This document shows, piece after piece, positions 9,323-15,804 of a stretch of DNA of 24,034 nucleotides. The stretch covers positions 1 through 24,034 of IMG/VR virus record IMGVR_UViG_3300049639_000129. One strand, 5' to 3'. The position numbers and the translations under genes are program-made. Positions within the stretch are counted from its first letter, which is position 1. The number at the start of each line of letters is the position of its first letter. Under the pieces are notes generated by a model. That model was given only the letters and a program-made list of their open reading frames with translations, was not told where the DNA came from and ran no database searches. The DNA is from a virus.

Positions 9323-9433
9323 TGTCCATAATAGGACATACGACTCGCTATAGCTCCGGACTATGATAAGTCCGGCATACGCTCGTCTATAGTCCATTAA
9401 TGTCCAGTCCCTCCGGGCCTGAGCCCGGAGGGA
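9323..9433. other. GC-rich cluster of three hairpins (candidate oriT, terminator or structured RNA)
   Basis: TGTCC/GGACA (9323-9338), CCGGACT/AGTCCGG (9356-9375), TCCCTCCGGGC/GCCCGGAGGGA (9408-9433). Confidence 0.55.
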
Positions 9434-9521
9434 ACGGAGAAAAACCGGTGCACGAAACAAGTAAAAAACTTATGAACAAGTAACACAAAAGTAACAGGTT
9501 TGTAATATTGGAGCTTCCGAG

Positions 9522-9920
9522 ATGAATAACTTTTTAAATGTCTCCTGCGATTGTATTTTAATGACTAGAGAAGAGTCAAATGAAATGAAAAAGGAGAAAG
9601 TCGGTAAGGGGATGTATCACGCTATTGACCTGGATGTGTGGGATGATCCGTTCCCGGTTCTCCAGATAGGCAATAAAGGGCGTGTACATCTGCCTCTTGG
9701 ATATCTCGACTCAGATATCTGGGTTTTTATTTCTGAATCTGCAGACATAAGGAAAAAATGTAATCTTATATTATTACCCAAAACAGGACCGACAAAGTGG
9801 GAAGAGGTCTTTCAATCGAGAGGGAAAAACGCAGGCGATCTTTTAAACATCTTCGGAAACGGCGATATTTGCGTAAAATATAAAAAAGGTATGAATGTTA
9901 AAGTATTCGTGAGGAAATAA
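9522..9920 (+). CDS. Hypothetical protein, possibly tandem AbrB/DUF2080-like swapped-hairpin DNA-binding domains
   Basis: Two similar segments (LQIGNKGRVHLPLGYLDSDIWVFI; LNIFGNGDICVKYKKGMNVKVFV). The true start may be a downstream ATG (MTR or MKK). Confidence 0.55.
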   Translation: MNNFLNVSCDCILMTREESNEMKKEKVGKGMYHAIDLDVWDDPFPVLQIGNKGRVHLPLGYLDSDIWVFISESADIRKKCNLILLPKTGPTKWEEVFQSRGKNAGDLLNIFGNGDICVKYKKGMNVKVFVRK

Positions 9921-9924
9921 TCTT

Positions 9925-10344
9925 ATGTTACCTGAATTAAACCCTATTACTGTTATACTGGTTATACTCGTCGCTGTCGGTGGATTAGTCGGCGGTTACG
10001 CAGCGCATGACTTCCAGCTCCAGGAGATCAAGGAGAACAGCTTTGAGGATCAGATCAGAGCAAACGTTACCCAGGTAGATAACGAGATCCAGGCGTTAAA
10101 GCTGGCTTATAATAATTCAAGTGTCGGATATTTCCGGGCAGACTGCCAAAACTCGCAGCAGTATATAACGGAGAAATGGCAGACAGCGAGCCGTGATTCT
10201 GGAATGAGTGCAGAGGACCGGAAGCTTAACGCGGAATACAGGGATTTTTTAGTCGAAGCCAGCAGCATTATAGACGTTTACCTGGCGAGAAGTAACCCGG
10301 ACTTCACAGAGTATGAAACCCACAGAGACAACTTATTAAAGTGA
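9925..10344 (+). CDS. Single-pass membrane-anchored hypothetical protein (139 aa)
   Basis: N-terminal transmembrane segment (ITVILVILVAVGGLVGGYAA) followed by a helical soluble domain. Confidence 0.75.
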   Translation: MLPELNPITVILVILVAVGGLVGGYAAHDFQLQEIKENSFEDQIRANVTQVDNEIQALKLAYNNSSVGYFRADCQNSQQYITEKWQTASRDSGMSAEDRKLNAEYRDFLVEASSIIDVYLARSNPDFTEYETHRDNLLK

Positions 10345-10398
10345 ATTCAGAAAAGCAGGAAACGACGGGAGAAATATTTATTGAGTGAGGAGTGAAAT

Positions 10399-10608
10399 AT
10401 GAAATACAGAAAAACCGCATTAATCGAAGCTGAACAGTATAGAAGAGGACTTGAAGATGGAATAGATGAGAAAGGACCTTATCTTAATACTCTCGAAGGA
10501 AAACTGTATATCCCTCCAAATGGCTGGATAGCTACCGGGGCGATGGGCGAGAGATGGGCAATTCAGGATGATATATTTAGATTGACTTATGAGGCTGTCG
10601 AGGAATGA
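10399..10608 (+). CDS. Small phage-type protein (TLEG...GE...IF..TYE family), function unknown
   Basis: Motif pattern MKYRK..IEAEQ / NTLEG / GW..TGAMGERW / DIFRLTYE is typical of a widespread phage family; GAGGAGTG SD. Confidence 0.7.
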   Translation: MKYRKTALIEAEQYRRGLEDGIDEKGPYLNTLEGKLYIPPNGWIATGAMGERWAIQDDIFRLTYEAVEE

Positions 10609-10662
10609 ATTCTTTGGTCCTCTCGTTTATTATTTCCTTTATATCATTAACGAAACAGGAGG

Positions 10663-10695
10663 CTTAAAGCTATGGTATTAGACCATAGCTTTAAG
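10663..10695. promoter_or_regulatory. Perfect 14-bp-arm inverted repeat
   Basis: CTTAAAGCTATGGT-attag-ACCATAGCTTTAAG. Confidence 0.7.
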
Positions 10696-10705
10696 GTGGT
10701 CCAGG

Positions 10706-11137
10706 ATGCCAGCCTCCCCGAGGGTGGAAATGTCGAATTATGATACTCATAAATTCCTCGGGCTCCTCCCCCTGCCTCTCGTCGTGGTCTTTCTATGGAT
10801 GGCATACGACGGAGGCTTCGCCGAGATCGAGCCTTTAATTTTATTCCTGGTCTGGTGGCTGCTGCACACTCTCGTTATAACTCCAGATATAGACACGCTT
10901 TCGATACCCTCTAAGCGACTGGGACCACTAGGCTGGGTAATAAGGAAACTGTCAAAGCATAGGAAAACCTGGCACTCTCCGCTATTTTGGGCCGTATATT
11001 TTGGCCTGAGTTACAATTATCTCGGCTGGTGGACCCTGGGTGGTGTCTTCCCTATATACTGTCATATTTACGTGGATATAATAACAAGCTGGCTAAACAG
11101 ACGCAAAATAATAAAACTATTAAAGAAGTTATTTTAA
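10706..11137 (+). CDS. DUF2227/YdjM-like metal-binding membrane protein (putative hydrolase)
   Basis: Motifs TH, TPDIDT.S and HRK.WHS with transmembrane segments; the start may be 10730. Confidence 0.7.
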   Translation: MPASPRVEMSNYDTHKFLGLLPLPLVVVFLWMAYDGGFAEIEPLILFLVWWLLHTLVITPDIDTLSIPSKRLGPLGWVIRKLSKHRKTWHSPLFWAVYFGLSYNYLGWWTLGGVFPIYCHIYVDIITSWLNRRKIIKLLKKLF

Positions 11138-11168
11138 AACGGTCTATTGCAACTGAAAAAACAAACGC

Positions 11169-11245
11169 CTACTACTACTACTACTACTTACTAAGATAGA
11201 ATATAGTATAGTATAGATAGTGTAGGTACATACACGTACATACAC
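11169..11245. repeat. Simple-repeat cluster upstream of the RHH gene
   Basis: (CTA)6 at 11169-11186, (TATAG)3 at 11202-11216, (GTACATACAC)2 at 11226-11245. Confidence 0.85.
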
Positions 11246-11268
11246 TCCCCAATCAATACGGTGATATC

Positions 11269-11682
11269 ATGCCTCTCGTAGCAACCACAGTGAAATTAGA
11301 ATCTGACAAATTAGAACTTATTAAAATGAAGCAGGTGAACGTTTCCCAACTCTGCCGAGATGCTGTAGACTCTTATCTTAAATTAAATAGCACAGATAAA
11401 GCCGTTATAAAGAGCCAGATCGCAGACTTACAACAGCAAAGGAATTCTATTGACCTACAAATAAAACTCCTCCTGAAGCAGTTAGAAACATGTGAGAACG
11501 AAGACGTACTCAGCACTCACAGGAACGCAATGTTTGAAAAGTGGAAAACTAACATGGCGTTTATGGTCAATAAAAAGACTATTGATTGGGGGACTGTTTC
11601 GGATGTCTTCAAGTTCTCAACAAGGGCAGAATGTGAGGCGTATATTATAAATAGGTTAAAAGAAGAAGGATTAATTACATAA
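11269..11682 (+). CDS. Ribbon-helix-helix transcriptional regulator with coiled coil
   Basis: N-terminal strand-helix-helix pattern (ATTVKLESDKLELIK..VNVSQLCRDAVDSYL), heptad segment, helical C-terminal domain; GGTGA SD. Confidence 0.75.
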   Translation: MPLVATTVKLESDKLELIKMKQVNVSQLCRDAVDSYLKLNSTDKAVIKSQIADLQQQRNSIDLQIKLLLKQLETCENEDVLSTHRNAMFEKWKTNMAFMVNKKTIDWGTVSDVFKFSTRAECEAYIINRLKEEGLIT

Positions 11683-11702
11683 CACTTCCAGAGGGGTATC
11701 GA

Positions 11703-11837
11703 TTGACAGGCGACAAATCCGAGGTGGAGAGCCAGCTTGCAGAAATTGAAAAGGAAATAGAGTGTTTAGATGCTCAAAGGCGTCTACTCCTTTCCATTCT
11801 TGAAACTATTAATAACGAAGTCCCGACAGGGGCTTAA
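11703..11837 (+). CDS. 44-aa coiled-coil mini-protein paralogous to the RHH protein's coiled coil
   Basis: TTG start after GAGGGG; MTGDKSEVESQLAEIEKEIECLDAQRRLLLSILETINNEVPTGA; 14/35 ungapped identities to the upstream gene. Below the ORF-track length cutoff. Confidence 0.7.
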   Translation: MTGDKSEVESQLAEIEKEIECLDAQRRLLLSILETINNEVPTGA

Positions 11838-11932
11838 TCACTCTTTTATCAAAATCGTTATCAGTTGATGGTGTGTACACGTACACACATTTAATTTAGT
11901 CTATTTTTTTGTTTCCTTATTTTTCCTTTTTA

Positions 11933-12010
11933 GTTTGGTTGTGCAAATATAAGCATAACCAAACGTAAGTTATATATAGTAATAGGTTGTATAGTATATT
12001 GTACAACCTA
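11933..12010 (+). promoter_or_regulatory. Array element copy 1: hairpin + BRE/TATA + 28-bp palindrome
   Basis: GTTTGGTTGTGC/GCATAACCAAAC stem, then CGTAAG-TTATATATA, then TAGGTTGTATAGTATATTGTACAACCTA (11983-12010). Confidence 0.9.
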
Positions 12011-12049
12011 ATAGTAAAACGGATAATAAAAGAACTAATAAAAGGAGAC

Positions 12050-12103
12050 AACCAAACATAAGTTTTATATACTATTAGGTTGTATAGAATATTGTACAAC
12101 CTA
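12050..12103 (+). promoter_or_regulatory. Array element copy 2 (no upstream hairpin arm)
   Basis: AACCAAACATAAG-TTTTATATA; palindrome at 12076-12103 with one spacer substitution. Confidence 0.9.
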
Positions 12104-12141
12104 AGAGAAAACAATAACAAAGTAATACGGAGGAAAAGAAA

Positions 12142-12537
12142 ATGATACTCAATTTGACCCAACACGCAGCGACCCCAGAACAGAAGGCTCAACTCGTAGT
12201 AGAGCCTAGAATGTGCAAAGCAAAAATACAGAAACTTCTTACTTTCGATGAGATCCCTTCAAAAGAAGAAATCGAAGCAAGAGCCTCAGAGCTGGCGGAA
12301 ATCGCAGTGTCTGAGGCAAATCATTACGCGGGTGAGACTGACAATAGAATCTGGATCACCCGCGTAATGATAGGTGGTGCTCCGTTTTTCATGGGAGCAC
12401 TCGAGAAAGCACTCCGGGAATGCGGGTTTACCCCCGTATACGCGTTTTCGAAAAGAGAGAGCGAGGAAATCCCACAGCCGGATGGGTCAGTCAGGAAGAT
12501 CGCAGTATTCCGGCACATTGGATTCGTGGAGGTCTGA
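12142..12537 (+). CDS. Csx20/Csx15-like small Rossmann/CARF-like protein, candidate ring nuclease (copy A1)
   Basis: N-terminal LNLTQH..TPEQ and C-terminal MIGG..G.TPVYA.SKRES.E..QPDG..RK..VFRH.GF resemble the recalled Csx20/Csx15 consensus; GGAGG SD. The ORF is certain, the function is inferred. Confidence 0.6.
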   Translation: MILNLTQHAATPEQKAQLVVEPRMCKAKIQKLLTFDEIPSKEEIEARASELAEIAVSEANHYAGETDNRIWITRVMIGGAPFFMGALEKALRECGFTPVYAFSKRESEEIPQPDGSVRKIAVFRHIGFVEV

Positions 12538-12540
12538 AAA

Positions 12541-12975
12541 ATGACCTCCAGACTCAACGCACTGGAGAACAGTTTTCCTCCAGAGATATTGGATAACACA
12601 TTCAAAAAAATCGTTAACAAAGCCTTGTACGCAAGGCTTCGTGAAATGGAAATCGAGGGTGCATCTGATAGACAGATGTACTCTGAAGTATTCAAATATA
12701 TTAGCCCAAAAGAAATCCCAGCGTTTCCGGGGGGGCTGAAATATGTCAAACGTGGAGCATTTCGCTTCCGTTTCGTCGCGAATCAGAAATACTATCGGAG
12801 CCCGTGCTTCGTAGTAGAGCCAGTTCCAGATATAGATCAAGCGCTCCGAGAGCTTCACCTCAGATATAATGATCTCCCATATGAGGAGTATAAAAAAGCC
12901 AGACTTCAAGAAATTGAAGGGCTTCCATACGACAAAAAATACTTGCGCCCACCTCGGACAAAGTGGACGTTGTGA
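12541..12975 (+). CDS. Hypothetical protein (copy B1, 144 aa)
   Basis: Paralog of 14795-15271; starts 3 nt after the A1 stop. Confidence 0.85.
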   Translation: MTSRLNALENSFPPEILDNTFKKIVNKALYARLREMEIEGASDRQMYSEVFKYISPKEIPAFPGGLKYVKRGAFRFRFVANQKYYRSPCFVVEPVPDIDQALRELHLRYNDLPYEEYKKARLQEIEGLPYDKKYLRPPRTKWTL

Positions 12976-13017
12976 ATCGCGCACAAGGAGAGCTTTAATA
13001 GGGGCTTTTAGCCTCTC

Positions 13018-13104
13018 AAAACTTACGTTTAGTTATAAGAAATATATCATAACCAAACGTAAGTTTTATACAGTAATAGGTTGTATAGTATATTGTACAA
13101 CCTA
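13018..13104 (+). promoter_or_regulatory. Array element copy 3
   Basis: 19-bp stem (13018-13036 / 13049-13067, one mismatch), TATA, palindrome at 13077-13104. Confidence 0.9.
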
Positions 13105-13149
13105 TTAGAAAAACAGGAACGCCAAAGCTAATAAAAGGAGAGAACCAAA

Positions 13150-14064
13150 ATGTTAAAAATAGGAGAAAAGGATACTAAATATGGAGTCTTTGAATTCTTC
13201 CTCAAAGAGGAAGATCAGGTAAAACTTGTTTGTGTCCACGGCGGCAAGACCGCTGAAACCACTTTCTGCGGTCAAATCCGGGGGCACAACGCAATGAATA
13301 TTGAAAAACTCGACGTGAAAGAAAACGGAAAAACGATGATGTTCATAGGGCTTCCCGATGAAGTTTACAATGCATTTCAAAACGCGAAATCAAAATTCGC
13401 GCTGAAAAATATCCACCTAACATATGCAGGACGGAGCGCAGAAACAGGGATAAAATGGTATTCATTGAGTGCAGTAGTTCCCCGGGATGTGTGGAGAAAG
13501 AACGCGAAATACTTCGAGAAATTCGAAGAAGACGAAGAGGACGCAATTGACGGAGAGCTTTACGGCTGGCTCACAGCACAGCCCGAAGCCGTTGAGAAAA
13601 ATTTGAATGTCAGGGAAGAGCTTACCCTGGCATATAGGGGAGAACAGGCAAAGAAGAGAAGAGAAGAGAAAGAGAAAAAAGCTAAGGAGCTACAGGAAAA
13701 AATTGACGACATCAAAAAAGCCTTTGAGAATGCAGAATACCCAGATCCAAAGAAGGAAGCTCCTGGAGAAGCTGCTCAGTTTCGACCAGGATACGAAAAA
13801 ATGCGGGTTGATGGGGAAGAAATTCAGCACCCCATAAATCCAGAAAACGCATGGGGTGGCGGCGAGTGGTGGGTAATTCAGCCAGAATGGATCTGGCACA
13901 TTAGAAATAACGGCTTCGACGGGGATGACTGGGGCCGGAACAACGTGCAGACAGGAGGAGCCGGCGCGATTGGCGTAAGAGTTCCATATTCTGAAGAACT
14001 TGCCGCACAAATCAGGGAGCTTAAAAAAATGACAGCGCGAAAACCGAACACTCCTAAAAAATGA
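13150..14064 (+). CDS. Hypothetical protein C (304 aa), acidic/charged, Trp/Gly-rich C-terminal domain
   Basis: Long ORF with AAAGGAG SD; C-terminal GGGEWWVI..WIW..RNNG.DGDDW..NNV.TGGAGAIG segment. Confidence 0.85.
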   Translation: MLKIGEKDTKYGVFEFFLKEEDQVKLVCVHGGKTAETTFCGQIRGHNAMNIEKLDVKENGKTMMFIGLPDEVYNAFQNAKSKFALKNIHLTYAGRSAETGIKWYSLSAVVPRDVWRKNAKYFEKFEEDEEDAIDGELYGWLTAQPEAVEKNLNVREELTLAYRGEQAKKRREEKEKKAKELQEKIDDIKKAFENAEYPDPKKEAPGEAAQFRPGYEKMRVDGEEIQHPINPENAWGGGEWWVIQPEWIWHIRNNGFDGDDWGRNNVQTGGAGAIGVRVPYSEELAAQIRELKKMTARKPNTPKK

Positions 14065-14110
14065 CCAAATCCCGGCAGTTAAGTTAATTTCACTTTCCTT
14101 ATTTTTCCTT

Positions 14111-14192
14111 TTACGTTTGGTTATATTAATTTTAACTTAACCTAACGTAAGTTATATATAGTAATAGGTTGTATAGTATATTGTACAACCTA
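14111..14192 (+). promoter_or_regulatory. Array element copy 4
   Basis: 13-bp stem (14111-14123 / 14138-14150, one mismatch), TATA, palindrome at 14165-14192. Confidence 0.9.
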
Positions 14193-14238
14193 TTAGAAAA
14201 AACGGGAACACCAAAGCTAATAAAAGGAGAGAACCAAA

Positions 14239-14634
14239 ATGATATTAAACCTTACACAACATGTCGTGACCCCAGAACAAAAAGCTCAACTGGTTGTTGA
14301 GCCTAGAATGACGAAAGCAAAAATACAGAAACTCCTCACATTTGAGGAGATCCCCACGAGGGAAGAAATTGAAGCAAGAGCGAAAGAGCTCGCAAGAATA
14401 GCCGCGTCCGAAGCGTCGATGTACGCGGGTGACACCGATAACATGATTTGGATCACCCGTGTAATGATCGGTGGCGCTCCGTATCTCATGGGGGCACTTG
14501 AGAAAGCACTCCGAGAATGCGGGTTCACTCCCGTATATGCTTTTTCGAAAAGAGAGAGCATAGACCAGCCACAACCTGACGGATCAGTCAGGAAGGTCGC
14601 AGTATTCCGACATCTCGGGTTTGTGGAGGTCTGA
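14239..14634 (+). CDS. Csx20/Csx15-like protein, candidate ring nuclease (copy A2)
   Basis: 111/131 aa identical to 12142-12537 by manual comparison, with the same motifs. Confidence 0.6.
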   Translation: MILNLTQHVVTPEQKAQLVVEPRMTKAKIQKLLTFEEIPTREEIEARAKELARIAASEASMYAGDTDNMIWITRVMIGGAPYLMGALEKALRECGFTPVYAFSKRESIDQPQPDGSVRKVAVFRHLGFVEV

Positions 14635-14672
14635 GCAGTTGTTAATTTCTCTTTCCTTTTTTTTCCTTTTTA

Positions 14673-14750
14673 GTTTGGTTATACCAATTATAATATAACC
14701 AAACGTAAGTTTTATATAGTAATAGGTTGTATAGTATATTGTACAACCTA
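14673..14750 (+). promoter_or_regulatory. Array element copy 5
   Basis: Perfect 11-bp stem GTTTGGTTATA/TATAACCAAAC, TATA, palindrome at 14723-14750. Confidence 0.9.
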
Positions 14751-14794
14751 AGAGAAAACGATAATAAAAAGAACTAATAAAAGGAGAAACCAAA

Positions 14795-15271
14795 ATGATG
14801 CAAAGAACTACACAGAAGGAAATAGGAACAGAAGTGACCTCAAGACTCAACGCACTGGAGAACAGTTTTCCTCCAGAGATATTGGATAACACATTCAAAA
14901 AAATAGTAAATAAAGCCTTGTACGCAAGGCTTCGTGAAATGGAAATCGAGGGTGCATCTGATAGACAGATGTACTCTGAAGTATTCAAATATGTTGACCC
15001 TTCCGAAATCCCAGCGTTTCCGGGGGGGCTGAATTATGTCAAACGTGGGACATACCGCTTCAGGTTCGTCGCGAATCGGAAGTACTACAGGAGCCCGTGC
15101 TTCATAGTGGAGCCAGTTCCAGATGTAGATCAAGCGCTCCGAGAGATTAATATTAGATACAATTATGATCTCACATCCGAGGAGTGTAAAAAAGCCAAAC
15201 TTCAAGAAATTGAAGGGCTTCCATACGACAAAAAATACTTGCGCCCACCTCGGACAAAGTGGACGCTGTGA
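14795..15271 (+). CDS. Hypothetical protein (copy B2, 158 aa)
   Basis: Paralog of B1 with 13 extra N-terminal residues; AAAGGAG SD. Confidence 0.85.
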   Translation: MMQRTTQKEIGTEVTSRLNALENSFPPEILDNTFKKIVNKALYARLREMEIEGASDRQMYSEVFKYVDPSEIPAFPGGLNYVKRGTYRFRFVANRKYYRSPCFIVEPVPDVDQALREINIRYNYDLTSEECKKAKLQEIEGLPYDKKYLRPPRTKWTL

Positions 15272-15327
15272 ATCGCGCACACGATGAAACTCTTAAACAA
15301 ACCGAATGAAAGCTCAGAGGAAATAAA

Positions 15328-15789
15328 ATGACTGTTTATAAACTTGACAAGGGTGCTCACTCCGTATACACCCTGCATTACCATTTAATTCTCGTCGTGA
15401 AAGACAGGAGAAAAGCCCTGTATAACGAGGTAATCAGGGAAAGGTTAAAAGAAATTATATATAAAATGGCTGAAAAATGGCAAAGAGAAAAAAATACAGA
15501 AATGGCTATTGAAATCGTAGCTCAAGAGCCGGGGGAAGATCACCATTATATTCTCTTCAAGGCAACCCCTCGCACCTCTCTTACAAAAGTGATCAACAGC
15601 ATCAAAGGAGCCTCCGCGAGAGTCCTTAGAAATGAATTTCCTGAAACTAAGAAATTCTTATGGGGGGATGCTTTCTGGGCACCTTCATACTTCTTGGCTA
15701 CGACAGGACAAGTTTCTCTTGATGTCCTAAAAGCCTATGTCGAAAGTCAGGAAAGCAAAAGAGAAAAGATCTTTGGAAAATTAAAGTAA
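15328..15789 (+). mobile_element. tnpA: IS200/IS605-family Y1 transposase with degenerate HUH motif; no tnpB
   Basis: KGAHSVY.LHYHL, SIKG.SAR, FW.PSYF..T.G and catalytic Y..SQ present; HUH reads H-H-Y (15541-15549) and KYRR reads KDRR. Confidence 0.9.
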
Positions 15790-15804
15790 AGGAGGATTAA
15801 AACA

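Noticed and set aside
9485-9510. Degenerate sixth copy of the array palindrome (GTAACAGGTTTGTAATATTG)
   Set aside because: Only a partial left-arm match with no right arm; compatible with chance in AT-rich DNA.
10399-10608. Assignment as a known nucleotide-sponge anti-defence protein (Tad or Acb families)
   Set aside because: I cannot match its motifs to a characterised sponge from sequence alone; left as a phage-type unknown.
11983-14750. CRISPR array (28-bp palindromic repeats)
   Set aside because: Spacing ranges from 65 bp to over 1 kb and contains whole genes; the repeats sit within promoters; no cas genes.
11933-14750. Canonical integron attC cassettes or Xer dif sites
   Set aside because: There is no intI or xer gene, the GTT/AAC order is opposite to attC (RYYYAAC...GTTRRRY), and the Xer ATAA/TTAT inner consensus is absent. 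Only the geometric analogy is kept.
12324-15280. Duplicated minus-strand ORFs (12324-12749, 12487-12984, 14584-14988, 14840-15280)
   Set aside because: Antisense shadows of the duplicated A and B genes; they lack SD or promoter support and cross regulatory repeats.
15328-15789. Complete active IS200/IS605 element
   Set aside because: No tnpB, no identifiable subterminal hairpins, and a mutated HUH motif.
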